DNA from: a virus
Length of the DNA: 64,000 nt
Virus record (IMG/VR): IMGVR_UViG_3300045988_077625
Span: 20,961 to 84,960 of that record
Reading direction: 5' to 3' (one strand)
The notes under the pieces are model-generated. The model did not search any database and was not told the origin of the DNA. It saw only the letters and a list, made by a program, of their open reading frames with translations. A program made the position numbers and the translations under genes. Shown piece by piece: positions 54,633-64,000 of the stretch; position 1 is the stretch's first letter; each line of letters opens with the position of its first letter.

Positions 54633-54808
54633 TTATTCTTGGAATTCCAAAGAATCCAGAAGATTATTTTATTGCTGATGATGCACTTGCTTGGGAATTA
54701 GACCAAGCTGGATTCTCGGCTAAATATTTAGATGAGGATGCTTATTATTATAAAAAGAATAAAAAATTATTAAGATGGTTAGATAATCACAACATAGAAG
54801 GACGGTGA
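54629..54808 (+). CDS. hypothetical protein (59 aa)
   Basis: ATG follows GGAGG. The track start at 54599 is less likely. Confidence 0.45.
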   Translation: MIILGIPKNPEDYFIADDALAWELDQAGFSAKYLDEDAYYYKKNKKLLRWLDNHNIEGR

Positions 54809-55035
54809 GCAAAAAAATGAAGAATAGAGATTGGAAAACATGGCTAAAGGCCGCATTGGTTAGAGCAGTCAAAACAATGTGTCAGTCTGCACTAGCTTTA
54901 ATTCCGGCAGCAATTACGATTGTTGACGTTGATTGGATTACTGTTGCTGGCACATCTGCGCTTGCTGGTGTTGTCAGCTTAATTACATCTGTTGCGGGAT
55001 TGCCAGAGGTGGATGAAAATGCAAATCTTAACTAA
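54805..55035 (+). CDS. holin (Dp-1/LL-H-like)
   Basis: Two hydrophobic helices (MCQSALALIPAAITIV; AGTSALAGVVSLITSVAGLPE). Precedes the amidase gene. Confidence 0.6.
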   Translation: MSKKMKNRDWKTWLKAALVRAVKTMCQSALALIPAAITIVDVDWITVAGTSALAGVVSLITSVAGLPEVDENANLN

Positions 55036-55822
55036 ATATATTACACATAATCCTTTTTTTAATGATGGTAGATGGATTACCGGAAATGAATTTAAAGGAT
55101 TCTTTCTTCACTCTGTAGGGTGTGCTCAACCAAATCCATTGGTTTTTATTAGGCAATGGGATAATGCCAATTATGGCAGAGCAGGTATCAACGGATTCAT
55201 TGGAGCCGATGCGGTCTATCTGACGGCCCCATGTTTGGAGACGCCGGGCAAGGTGAAGCGCATGCCCCACGCCGGAAAGCCCGCCGGGAACAACGGATAC
55301 ATTGGCTTTGAGATGTGCGAACCGGCACAGATTCATTATACCGGCGGCGCAAGATTTACTGTGCAGGACAAGGCTGCGGCCCAGGCGTATTGCCGCAAAA
55401 CGTACCAGAACGCTGTGCAGCTCTTTGCGCGGCTGTGTAGCTTCCACGGGAAAAATCCGCTGGCGGACGGCGTGATTCTGAGTCACAATGAAGGTGGAAA
55501 ACGTGGCATTGCAAGCGGACACGTCGACCCGGAGCACCTCTGGCGCGGTCTTGGGCTACCCTATACTATGAACAGCTTCCGCCAGGATGTGGCGGCGGCA
55601 ATGAAACCAAAGGAGGAAATTGACATGACGAAAGCAGAAGTGGTTGCGCTGATTGATGCACGTATCCAGGCGGCGTTGGAGGGCAAGGGAACCGAGGCAA
55701 GCGCCTGGGCAAAAGATGAGGTTGCCCAAGCTGTCGCGGCTGGCATCACTGATGGTACCCGTCCTGGCGGGTATGCAAAGCGTGAAGAAGTTGCCGCTAT
55801 GGTACTAAGAGGGAAAAAGTAA
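55019..55822 (+). CDS. N-acetylmuramoyl-L-alanine amidase endolysin (Amidase_2/PGRP-like) with an SLH-like tail
   Basis: FFLHSVGC.., HAGKPAGNNGYIGFEMCEP, SHNEGG. C-terminal ASAWAKDEVAQAVAAGITDG..REEVAAMVLR. Confidence 0.7.
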   Translation: MQILTKYITHNPFFNDGRWITGNEFKGFFLHSVGCAQPNPLVFIRQWDNANYGRAGINGFIGADAVYLTAPCLETPGKVKRMPHAGKPAGNNGYIGFEMCEPAQIHYTGGARFTVQDKAAAQAYCRKTYQNAVQLFARLCSFHGKNPLADGVILSHNEGGKRGIASGHVDPEHLWRGLGLPYTMNSFRQDVAAAMKPKEEIDMTKAEVVALIDARIQAALEGKGTEASAWAKDEVAQAVAAGITDGTRPGGYAKREEVAAMVLRGKK

Positions 55823-55861
55823 TCTTTCTTGTAAAAATTTTATAAGAAAGGAGGAAGATGA

Positions 55862-57367
55862 TTGCAGAAAGATGTAAAATTTCAGCTTGAAGATGCTGTT
55901 GAATATCCTGAATGGTGTGATAATTACCCAGAGCATAAATTTACTGTGTTTAAGTGTTGCTTTTTGAGCACTAAACCAAATGCGCATAATTTAGATATTG
56001 GCGATGATGTATTGCGGCGTGACGCTCAATCTATTCTTGGCAATATGCTTGTGGCGAAAATTCAGAATGGTGATGCAACTACGCATTTACCGTCAGAGAT
56101 TCAGTATGGTTATTTCCCCCGCGAACAAGAGATTGAGTTTGTTGAGGAAGATGGAGTTACCAAAGCATATGCTTATGCGGTTGTAAGCAAACACTATAGT
56201 AAGGAATTAAACCATATCTTCGAGTTTGATAATCTTCGCAATAGCTCTGTCGAAATGACGGTAACAACAGATAAAGATGAGGATGAAGGTAAAGTTATGG
56301 CGCTAGATATTTTTGGGCTAACTGTACTTGGAAAAGCTATTAACGGCAGCTGTCCTGATGCAGATATTAAGATGGTTCGCTTCTCGACTGAGGACGCAGA
56401 CGCTTATTTTGCTAAGTCTGATTCTCTATCTAATCTAAAGCAATTTGTCGAAGAAAGGAAACAATCAATGGCTGAAAAGAAAACGTATAAGATTGACAAG
56501 TCCAAAGAAGCTATGTCTACGGCTGATTGGGGTGATTACGATAAGGCGGCTATGAGAGATAAAATCATGGACGCTAAGAATCGTGATACGCTTGTTAAAT
56601 CTGTATATCTACTTGTAGAAGATGGTTGGAAAGACGCACCATCTGAACATTTGAAATACCCAGTCATGCAAATTGATGGGGATAAATTTGTGTATAACCG
56701 AAATGCTCTAAGTGCTGCACTGACATATGCCAAGCAGAATGATGAGACTGAGGTTGTAAATAAAATTAAGGCTATCTATAAAAAGTTAGGACTTGATGAT
56801 GATTCTGAAAGAAAGGAGGAGGCTAAAATGGAAGAAATTAAAGAACTAGCCGCTACTGAGGTCGAGGCTGAATCCGCTCTTGAGGAAAAGAAAGAAGAAA
56901 TGGCTGAACCAGAGATTGAGGTTAAGGCTGAGGAACCAAATTGTGACGAATGTGATGACCATGATGATGACGATGATGGGCATGAGGAAGAAATGTCCGC
57001 TGAGGACATGAAAGCTCGTATTGCACAGCTTGAAAAAGATATTGAAGATAAAGACAATATCATCATGGGTCAAAATTCTGAGCTTGAGACACTACGTCAG
57101 TTTAAGAAAGACGTAGAGGACAAGGAAAAGGCTATTTCTGTTGAGGCTATTATGGCTGAATGCAAGGAATATATGTCTGACGATTGTTATAAGCAGATGC
57201 GCGAAGAAGGCATGGCTTGTGAATTTGCTGATGTTGATGCTTGGGCAAATAAGGTTAAGGCATATTGTTTCTCTGCTGTAAAGAAAACCCCAAAGAAAGA
57301 AAAATCAGATGTATTTACTTTCGCTGCTCCTGTTGAAAAGAAGGAGCATAAAGGTCTATGGGACTAA
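55862..57367 (+). CDS. putative prohead protease/scaffold fusion
   Basis: Position between portal and capsid genes. Highly acidic coiled-coil C-terminal half. N-terminal domain loosely resembles the HK97 protease. Confidence 0.4.
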   Translation: MQKDVKFQLEDAVEYPEWCDNYPEHKFTVFKCCFLSTKPNAHNLDIGDDVLRRDAQSILGNMLVAKIQNGDATTHLPSEIQYGYFPREQEIEFVEEDGVTKAYAYAVVSKHYSKELNHIFEFDNLRNSSVEMTVTTDKDEDEGKVMALDIFGLTVLGKAINGSCPDADIKMVRFSTEDADAYFAKSDSLSNLKQFVEERKQSMAEKKTYKIDKSKEAMSTADWGDYDKAAMRDKIMDAKNRDTLVKSVYLLVEDGWKDAPSEHLKYPVMQIDGDKFVYNRNALSAALTYAKQNDETEVVNKIKAIYKKLGLDDDSERKEEAKMEEIKELAATEVEAESALEEKKEEMAEPEIEVKAEEPNCDECDDHDDDDDGHEEEMSAEDMKARIAQLEKDIEDKDNIIMGQNSELETLRQFKKDVEDKEKAISVEAIMAECKEYMSDDCYKQMREEGMACEFADVDAWANKVKAYCFSAVKKTPKKEKSDVFTFAAPVEKKEHKGLWD

Positions 57368-57400
57368 AAATAAAATTGATTAAAAGGAGATAATTATATT

Positions 57401-57928
57401 ATGGCTAATACTCACTCTTTTGTTATCCGCACTCTTGACGATTGGCAGAATGATGCCATCAACTGTGCTGGCATTTGCAAGGATAATGACCTAGATAATG
57501 GTCAGTTTGTCACTCGTGGCGCTCTAGGTCTAAAGACTGACGGTGGCTATGAATTTGCTTGTACACTACCTGCTGCTAATGCAACTGATCTATGGCTCGT
57601 CGAAAAGCCCGCTGTTGGCACCACTGTTGAGCAGCAGGAAATGAGCGACCCCCGTTATTTCTATAACCCCAAGGGCAGCGCATTCTCCATTAAGGGTCTA
57701 ACTGCTGGTCGTACTTTCCTTGAAGCTCCCGCTTCTGCATTTGCTACCGGTAAAGATCCCAAGACTGTTGCTAGTGCTACTGTTGCTTCTGTTGGGACTG
57801 ATGGCCGTCTAGTTGCAGCTGCTAATGCTCCTGCTTCTGGTACTTATTTTACCATCGAAGCCGAGCATACCGTTGATATTGGTATCGAAGCTGTTCCTAC
57901 TTGGATTCTCAAGTGCGCCCGCAACTAA
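57401..57928 (+). CDS. abundant head protein (decoration or scaffold-like)
   Basis: Same GCT/CGT/CTT-biased codon style as the capsid exons. AAGGAG upstream. Confidence 0.4.
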   Translation: MANTHSFVIRTLDDWQNDAINCAGICKDNDLDNGQFVTRGALGLKTDGGYEFACTLPAANATDLWLVEKPAVGTTVEQQEMSDPRYFYNPKGSAFSIKGLTAGRTFLEAPASAFATGKDPKTVASATVASVGTDGRLVAAANAPASGTYFTIEAEHTVDIGIEAVPTWILKCARN

Positions 57929-57963
57929 TTAAATTTAATAAATAAGCAAAGGAGATATATATT

Positions 57964-58220
57964 ATGAATCTAAGCAAAGAAATTGTTGCTTTCTCCAATG
58001 GCAACACTAAGTTCTATGAGCAGTTCATGGACTATCATTTCCATAAGTCTGAGGCTGAACAGGGCCGTAAGCTAGGTGCTTATGATGTTACCAAGCCTCT
58101 TGCTGAAAAGCATGATGTTGTCAATGCTGCGTATTTTGCAGAGGTTGAGCGTCTTTCCAACTGCACTCGTAATGCTGAGAATGCTGATGCGTGGGCAGCT
58201 AATCCTATGGTTCGCTGGGT
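57964..58220 (+). CDS. major capsid protein, exon 1 (proposed)
   Basis: AAGGAG plus ATG. Only 87 codons before a TAA that I place inside the intron. Splice-site choice is tentative. Confidence 0.5.
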
Positions 58221-58422
58221 AAAATAATATGGCCCTCTATATTGAGTAATCAGTATAGACTTCTCGTTAAATGCGTTTAATCCCTAAAGCCTATATACCC
58301 AAACAGTAGCTAGAAATGGCAAGCTGAGTGGTTGTGAAAACAGAAAAAAGTTATAGGATATTTATATGGTTAAACCCTAAGTGAATGTAAATGGGTGTTT
58401 CGCAGGGAAAGCCCTAAATGTA

Positions 58423-58451
58423 TTGACATGTTACTTACGATATGGTATAAT
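58423..58451 (+). promoter_or_regulatory. sigma70-type promoter (extended -10) inside the intron
   Basis: TTGACA-17-TATAAT with TGg, upstream of the endonuclease ORF. Confidence 0.7.
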
Positions 58452-58570
58452 ACACATGGGAAACCCCCAACGACTATCCCCTTGAGGGGGAGTAAAACCA
58501 CAAGTTTATGGTGGAAGAAAAATGAGACTCTTATATATCTAATATTATCGACCAAGAAATGAGGTTTAAT

Positions 58571-59503
58571 ATGATTAAACCAGACCAAATTGTTAAAGTA
58601 AAATGGAATGGACAAACCAAGCAGTATTGGATTTCAAAAGGATATACTTGCACTAAAATGGGAGATAAGTTCGAGGCGAAAGCCGAGGATTTACCACCCA
58701 AGAGTGCTATATTTGTTGATGCGATTTGCGACTATTGTGGGCAAGCATTTCCAATGAGAATGTATGCTTATAATAACAGCGCAAAATCTGGGAAAGTTGC
58801 TTGCAAGCATTGCAAAGGTAAGAAAGCTAAAGAAACAAATCTTGACAAATATGGTGTTGAAAACGTTATGCAGGTAGATGAGATTCATGATAAGATGAAA
58901 AGTACCATGCTATCAACGTATGGTGTTGAGCATCCGTCACAGTCAAAAGATTTACATGCTAAAGCAATGAGCAAGTACAATTTTAGCGACGCGTTAGACA
59001 AGCGCAAAGAGACGTGCTTGTTAAAATACGGAGTGGACAATGCAAGTAAATCTCAAGACGTTATAGCCAAGGCCAAGAACACATGCAGAAAGAAGTATGG
59101 TGGTGATAGCTCACAATGTGATGAACAGGTGAGAGCTAAATCTATACAATCTATGCTAAATGGCGGGGTAATTCAATCATCTAAAGCAGAACGAGCTATG
59201 ACGGATTTACTAATTGATATGTATGGGAAAGAAAATTGTCATCCGCAATTCCCTTTAGATAAAATTGTTATGGATTGTTTACTCGACTATAATGGTATTA
59301 AAATTGACGTTGAATACGATGGAGAATTTTGGCATAAGGATAAACAAGAAAGTGATAAACGCCGAGATTATTATTGTATTAGACGTGGATATAAAGTATT
59401 ACGATTCTTTAGCAAATATAATGTTCCTACAAAAGAGCAAATAAAACAAGGTGTTGACTATCTGGTCAATAGTGAACACAAACATTTAAGAATAGATATA
59501 TAA
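58571..59503 (+). CDS. intron-encoded homing endonuclease (Vsr/DUF559-like PD-(D/E)xK C-terminal domain)
   Basis: Repeated KYG(V/G)xN modules. C-terminal DVEYDGEFWHKDKQESDKRRDYYCIRRGYKVLRF. ATG follows GAGG. Confidence 0.6.
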   Translation: MIKPDQIVKVKWNGQTKQYWISKGYTCTKMGDKFEAKAEDLPPKSAIFVDAICDYCGQAFPMRMYAYNNSAKSGKVACKHCKGKKAKETNLDKYGVENVMQVDEIHDKMKSTMLSTYGVEHPSQSKDLHAKAMSKYNFSDALDKRKETCLLKYGVDNASKSQDVIAKAKNTCRKKYGGDSSQCDEQVRAKSIQSMLNGGVIQSSKAERAMTDLLIDMYGKENCHPQFPLDKIVMDCLLDYNGIKIDVEYDGEFWHKDKQESDKRRDYYCIRRGYKVLRFFSKYNVPTKEQIKQGVDYLVNSEHKHLRIDI

Positions 59504-59583
59504 GATGAAGATATAGTCTGAACTCATATGAAAGTATGAGCAGTTTATCTTTGCGTTGAGAGATGAACGGCATAGGCGTTACG

Positions 59584-60439
59584 AACCTATGTGAACATAA
59601 TTGCTAACTTCGCTGTGATCAACGCCCTAGTCAATGCAGTTCTTCCTGCATACGTTACCGAATCCCTTGCTCCATTCGTTGATTTCCGTATGGCTGGCAT
59701 TGGCGATATTGTTAAGGTCAAGGTTATGCCTCGTACCCTTTACACCGTCTCTGCTGGTGGCACTGGTGAACGTACAACTTTCCGTCAGAAGAAGTATGCT
59801 GGCGATGTTGTCATTTCCATGCAGGAGCGCATTATCACCACTTACGTTGATATGTATCGCGTAATGGCTGGTAAGGAAGATATTGCTGATTTCGTCCGTG
59901 CTATCGTTCTTTCCATTGAGATTGATATGCAGAAGATGGCCGTTGCCGCTCTTAATGCTGGTCTAGCTGGCGCTTCCTATCCTTCTCAGTTCCTAGAGAA
60001 TGCCGCATTTGATGCTAAGAAGCTTATTGCTCTAGCACAGCGCGTTCAGGCTTATAACAATGGTATTAAGCCGATTATCATGGGTACTGCTTCTGCTCTA
60101 GCTAACGTCCTACCTGATAGCACTATGGGTTATCGTGGCAATTATGACGCTAATGGCGGCTCTGTCCATGTTCTCCGTGACTTCTATGGCTTTGCCCTCT
60201 ATGAGCTACCCCAGATGCCTACTGGCTCTAACTACGGTCTAGCTCTTGATGACAACAAGCTATATGTTGTTTCTCCTGTTGGCTCTAAGCTAGTTGTTGG
60301 CGCTATGTCCACCACTCTAACCAACAGCAATCAGTTCTATGAGAATGCTGACCTCACCTCTAATTTTACAATGCGCAAGAACTACGGATTCGAGTTCGTC
60401 GGTGCATCCTTCGCTGGACTATACACCATCACTGAGTAA
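59584..60439 (+). CDS. major capsid protein, exon 2 (proposed)
   Basis: The frame is open from 59576. No SD or ATG (the track start is a bare GTG). 282+ codons in highly-expressed codon style. Followed by a strong terminator. Confidence 0.55.
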
Positions 60440-60448
60440 TAATTATCT

Positions 60449-60472
60449 GAGAGGGGTTATTAACCCCTCTCT
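60449..60472 (+). terminator. rho-independent terminator after the capsid gene
   Basis: GAGAGGGGTT-atta-AACCCCTCTC then TATTTATA. Confidence 0.65.
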
Positions 60473-60507
60473 ATTTATAACGGAAATAAGAAAGGAAAAT
60501 AAAAGGA

Positions 60508-61161
60508 ATGGCAAATACTACAAACACTAAATCCACTGCAGCCACCAAGACAACAAAGTCGATTGAAACGCCTGTTGTTGATAAGGAAAAGGAACAGCTA
60601 AAGGCGCAGCTTGCAGAACAGCAGAAGCGCATGGAAGAAATGATGGCGCAGATGCAGGTGCTTATGCAGGCACAGTCTCAGGTTAAAACAGAAGCGGCAT
60701 CTGTTAAAGATAAGTCTAAGGCGCTTAGAAATATTAAGTTCATCAATATGTGTCCGGGCAACATCAATCTGCGTGGTACTCGTATGCACAGAATTGAAGG
60801 ACAGTATAAGTATAAGATGATTCCAGAATCTGAGGCGTTTTCTGTTGTAAATAATATGCCTGAAACCGTATCTAGCGGCATGGTGTATATTGACGACCCA
60901 GAATTCGTTCATAAGTGCGACCTAGACGAAATTTATCGCCATATTCTTAGCGCTACAAAGCTCAAGGAACTACTAAAGCAGAATGCGGTCGATATTTGTG
61001 AGGTATATAAGGGCGCAACTGACCAGCAGAAACAAATCATCGTAGATACTATTTCTAATATGGTGCTTGATGGACTACCAGTTGACGCGAACGTGCTTGT
61101 TAAGATTGGTGAACTTAGTGGTAAAAATCTAATTGATATTGAACCCCTCGAAGAGGAGTGA
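60508..61161 (+). CDS. hypothetical virion-module protein
   Basis: Track ORF. Confidence 0.5.
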   Translation: MANTTNTKSTAATKTTKSIETPVVDKEKEQLKAQLAEQQKRMEEMMAQMQVLMQAQSQVKTEAASVKDKSKALRNIKFINMCPGNINLRGTRMHRIEGQYKYKMIPESEAFSVVNNMPETVSSGMVYIDDPEFVHKCDLDEIYRHILSATKLKELLKQNAVDICEVYKGATDQQKQIIVDTISNMVLDGLPVDANVLVKIGELSGKNLIDIEPLEEE

Positions 61162-61167
61162 TAAATT

Positions 61168-61608
61168 ATGGCAACATCATTTGATGTTATTTGTAACAGA
61201 GCATTAAGTGTAATTGATGACTATAAACTGCGTAAGCTATATGACGCAAACATTGAGCTGTTTCACGACAAGATTGATGGTTGGGTCATTAGCTCAGCAG
61301 CAAAGTTTATAGAATGTGAACAACCGCTAACATACAATTCAGAGCTTAGACAATTTGACGCAGATTTAACAGATTTAGAGATTCAGATTCTTGCCGAATA
61401 TTGGGTAATTTACTGGTGGCGCGGCGAGACGGACGTAGCAACACAGATTGCGCAAAAACTTAAAGTTCCATCATCTTTCCAGATGGATGGCGTATCCTCA
61501 CAGAATTTCAAGGAAAAACAGAACGTCATTGATAAGCTAGAAGAAGATGTAGATAGGCTCATTCACGACAAATACCAGCTCTTATATCTATCCTCCTATA
61601 ATTATTAA
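61168..61608 (+). CDS. putative head-tail connector/adaptor (by position)
   Basis: Track ORF downstream of the capsid gene. Confidence 0.35.
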   Translation: MATSFDVICNRALSVIDDYKLRKLYDANIELFHDKIDGWVISSAAKFIECEQPLTYNSELRQFDADLTDLEIQILAEYWVIYWWRGETDVATQIAQKLKVPSSFQMDGVSSQNFKEKQNVIDKLEEDVDRLIHDKYQLLYLSSYNY

Positions 61609-61622
61609 AGAGGGGTGGATAT

Positions 61623-61889
61623 ATGAGCAGAACAGATAAGCAAGATAAAATTCATGCTTTGTATAAAGTCCTGTTGCTGTTTGAAGATTTGACCAGCCTT
61701 GAGCCGACAATTGAAGAAGCCGACTATATAGCATATTGTGAGCGGCTATCTGTGCGATTTAGAGCAGTTGATGGTGAAATTGCTGATACATTAGCAGGAT
61801 TAAGCAAAATGGGGCTTGAGCTTACTCATCCTATTATTCGTTCATGTGTATTGCGTATGACGAACAGGATTGAAAGGATGGGTGATTGA
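61623..61889 (+). CDS. hypothetical virion-module protein
   Basis: Track ORF with GAGGGG upstream. Confidence 0.45.
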   Translation: MSRTDKQDKIHALYKVLLLFEDLTSLEPTIEEADYIAYCERLSVRFRAVDGEIADTLAGLSKMGLELTHPIIRSCVLRMTNRIERMGD

Positions 61890-61890
61890 T

Positions 61891-62643
61891 ATGGCATATG
61901 AGATGTTTCAATATCAACCAAATCCCAATGATTATTACCGCGATTTGACACAAGAATACATAAATGCGCAATGGTATAACACGTCTGCTAAAACACCTGA
62001 GAATGGCGGCGAATTGCTAGAACAAAATGGAATAGGGTCTAATGAATATAATCCAGTAGAAGCATGGGTTGCGCCTACTGTGGCAACCACATCGACCGGA
62101 TCAAAGGATACTATAGATTTCCTACAGCTAATATTCAAGAATATTGACCATTTTGTTGTGCGCGGATTGTATTACAAGTTCGATGATAATGTGTGGATTG
62201 TTCACGATTCAGGCAAATTTGATGGCTTGCCTCGTGGTGTTGGTGTGCGCCGTTGTAACAATGTCATGCGAATTAAAGATGAGGTCAATGACACAATCTT
62301 TAGCGCACCGTGCGTTGTTGATTATGATATGCAATCACCATCAGCACAGGTAAGCACACAAATCATTACGCCAAATAATCATGCCGTTGTTATGGTTCAG
62401 GGCAATGAGGACGTATATAGACTATTCAAATATAACACACGTTATATTCTAGGTGGCAGACCATTTAAGCTGTTATCCTATCAGAACGCAATTAACGCTT
62501 ATGGTATTAGCAAGCCAACATTGCTCACGCTTGAGCTATATCTTGATGAGGCTCATGCTGGTGATGATATTGCGAATCAGCTTGCGGATAATAGCTCTAT
62601 TGATTATCCAATGGACGAAAACGCGCCATTTCCAATGGGCTAA
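61891..62643 (+). CDS. hypothetical virion-module protein
   Basis: ATG (MAYEMFQY) abuts the upstream stop. Confidence 0.5.
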   Translation: MAYEMFQYQPNPNDYYRDLTQEYINAQWYNTSAKTPENGGELLEQNGIGSNEYNPVEAWVAPTVATTSTGSKDTIDFLQLIFKNIDHFVVRGLYYKFDDNVWIVHDSGKFDGLPRGVGVRRCNNVMRIKDEVNDTIFSAPCVVDYDMQSPSAQVSTQIITPNNHAVVMVQGNEDVYRLFKYNTRYILGGRPFKLLSYQNAINAYGISKPTLLTLELYLDEAHAGDDIANQLADNSSIDYPMDENAPFPMG

Positions 62644-62660
62644 AGGAGGGCGGTTAGATT

Positions 62661-63233
62661 ATGTATAATTCTTTATCAAGATTACCAAGCATTGGATATA
62701 ATATCATGGTATATTTAGCAAAATCGACCGACCATATTGCTGAGGTCTTTTGGAAGATGCTGGCATATAAAGACTACAAGGCGTTGAGCCATGAGTCACT
62801 TACATTCCAACAAAAGATGAAGATGGTGTGGGCGCAAGGCAAGCAGGATACATATAGTGTATTTTTAACCAATCTGATTGAGGACGTTATAGCTGAATCA
62901 AAGCAAATTGTTAAGATATACCAATATTATATCCATGCGTCCGAGCTATATACTAGTACAGTAGTCTATGCGTTTGATTGTCTATATGGCGGTCAGATGA
63001 GCCTAGTTGAATATAATGGTATTCCTGTAAATCGCGGCGATTTATTTATCCATTGTATTTTGCATTTATTGAATGGCGCAGAAGTGGGCGGTGTTGGTAA
63101 ATTGACATTTTTAGACGATATGAGCCGATACAGCGCTGCGCGTTCAACCATTGGCAATAAAAATACGTTTACAGGCGTTCAATTATATATGGCTGTTGAA
63201 GTAGGTGATGGAGGTGTCGATGCTGGATGCTAG
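62661..63233 (+). CDS. hypothetical virion-module protein
   Basis: AAAGGAGGG upstream. Confidence 0.5.
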   Translation: MYNSLSRLPSIGYNIMVYLAKSTDHIAEVFWKMLAYKDYKALSHESLTFQQKMKMVWAQGKQDTYSVFLTNLIEDVIAESKQIVKIYQYYIHASELYTSTVVYAFDCLYGGQMSLVEYNGIPVNRGDLFIHCILHLLNGAEVGGVGKLTFLDDMSRYSAARSTIGNKNTFTGVQLYMAVEVGDGGVDAGC

Positions 63234-64000
63234 ACATCGAATACTATAAGCGTAAATACTTTATTTTCGACAAGCCATGTATATATAAAAAAAATAATAA
63301 AGAATTTACATTATATCCAGTTAGTTTAGAAGATTCTGAAGATTTTTTAGAAGCATCTCAAATAATTTCCATAGATAAGAATAGTCTATCTTCTGTGGAG
63401 ATTATTCAGATGACATATTTAAAATTTATATGTTCTGTTTTATTTAGAAATAAAAACAATATCAATGATTTTGTGACCATTCTTAGATTGTCATTACATA
63501 TGTATAATCCAAAAATAGGAATTGATGCGAACAACAAATATGTTGTTTTTGATGAGGATGCTGATATAAGTATAGCAGAGAGAGAATTTGAAGATATTCG
63601 TAGACTAATATTGTATCAAAATATAGTATCTTTTGACGATTCGTATATAGACCCGGATTTAAAAAAGGCTATTGATGAAACAAATAAGTTGAGAAATAAA
63701 GACATAGATTTTCCAGACATTGAAAGAAAAATGGCTATCATCACGTCTCATTGCGGTATTAGCAAATTAGATCAACAAAAAATGACATATAGAGCACATA
63801 CTATGTTGTGGAATGAAGTATGTAGTGATATTGATTTTTCAACGACTAGAGCCGTGGCTTTGTTCTCTGGCGAAAAAATAGAGCATTGGATATATAAAAA
63901 GAAAAAAGACAAAATGGACGATTACATTATTTCTGGAGAAAAATTTGCAGACAAGTTAGGCGCGAATTTTCAAGATTTAGAAAATAATGCAAAGGTTGTA
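63227..64000 (+). CDS. hypothetical protein, 3' end cut by window edge
   Basis: My reading: ATG at 63227 overlaps the upstream stop, and the frame stays open for 258 codons to the window end (MLDIEYYKRKYFIFDKP...). Not in the track. More AT-rich than its neighbours. Confidence 0.5.
   Translation, partial: MLDIEYYKRKYFIFDKPCIYKKNNKEFTLYPVSLEDSEDFLEASQIISIDKNSLSSVEIIQMTYLKFICSVLFRNKNNINDFVTILRLSLHMYNPKIGIDANNKYVVFDEDADISIAEREFEDIRRLILYQNIVSFDDSYIDPDLKKAIDETNKLRNKDIDFPDIERKMAIITSHCGISKLDQQKMTYRAHTMLWNEVCSDIDFSTTRAVALFSGEKIEHWIYKKKKDKMDDYIISGEKFADKLGANFQDLENNAKVV

Larger units (their letters stand above)
58221..59583 (+). mobile_element. group I intron with an internal homing endonuclease ORF (boundaries tentative)
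   Basis: AGATATAGTC (59509-59518) matches the conserved P7 3' core. Complementary GACTAT at 58472-58477. Hairpins CTCATA-TGAAAG-TATGAG and a 10-bp stem at 59543-59568. Possible P1 pairs exon GGGU(58220) with GCCC (58232-58235). Confidence 0.6.

Noticed and set aside
1-64000. Stop-codon reassignment (TAG or TGA recoding), as seen in some gut phages.
   Set aside because: Long motif-complete ORFs are obtained with the standard code, and TAA, TAG and TGA all serve as gene ends. The only in-frame stop seen is one TAA in the PP-loop gene, and no suppressor tRNA was found.
1-64000. Diversity-generating retroelement, retron, CRISPR-Cas or toxin-antitoxin loci.
   Set aside because: No reverse-transcriptase-like ORF (no YxDD context), no repeat-spacer array, and no recognisable Cas or classic TA pairs were seen among the translated ORFs.

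Overview
This window is a contiguous piece of a large, AT-rich tailed dsDNA phage or prophage of a Gram-positive (Firmicutes-type) host. The host assignment rests on GGAGG ribosome-binding sites and about twenty near-perfect TTGACA-17-TATAAT promoters, many with an extended TGn -10, all located by eye.

Left arm (1-35.3 kb, minus strand):
- Nucleotide metabolism: dUTPase, ThyX, class II RNR, HAD nucleotidase.
- DNA modification candidates: a Dam-like and a second small methyltransferase, two NifS/DndA-like cysteine desulfurases, a DndC/PAPS-reductase-like PP-loop gene broken by one in-frame TAA, and a radical SAM enzyme.
- Replication and recombination: RecD-like helicase, RecJ-like exonuclease, DnaG, DnaB, DnaE-type Pol III alpha, Sak4-like ATPase plus an SSB-like protein, and a beta-CASP nuclease.
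- Also a tyrosine recombinase, a run of tiny one-promoter-per-gene ORFs, HU, and two tRNAs (Leu-CAA, Ile-UAU) with a roughly 390-nt promoter-driven non-coding leader.

Centre (35.3-39.5 kb): an AT-rich palindrome and repeat region plus a visibly GC-richer foreign island that contains a frameshifted valS 5' fragment.

Right arm (39.5-64 kb, mostly plus strand):
- A YonO-like single-subunit RNA polymerase (ADCDGD motif) and two HU-like proteins.
- Terminase, portal, and an embedded holin-amidase cassette with a sharp composition jump.
- Protease/scaffold, and a major capsid gene that appears split by a group I intron carrying its own promoter and a homing endonuclease.
- Head-completion genes.

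Other points:
- There are five homing-endonuclease-type genes.
- Several genes appear to need ATT or ATA start codons.
- I saw no CRISPR array, reverse transcriptase or rRNA.
- All calls come from reading the sequence and remembered family motifs. No searches were run.
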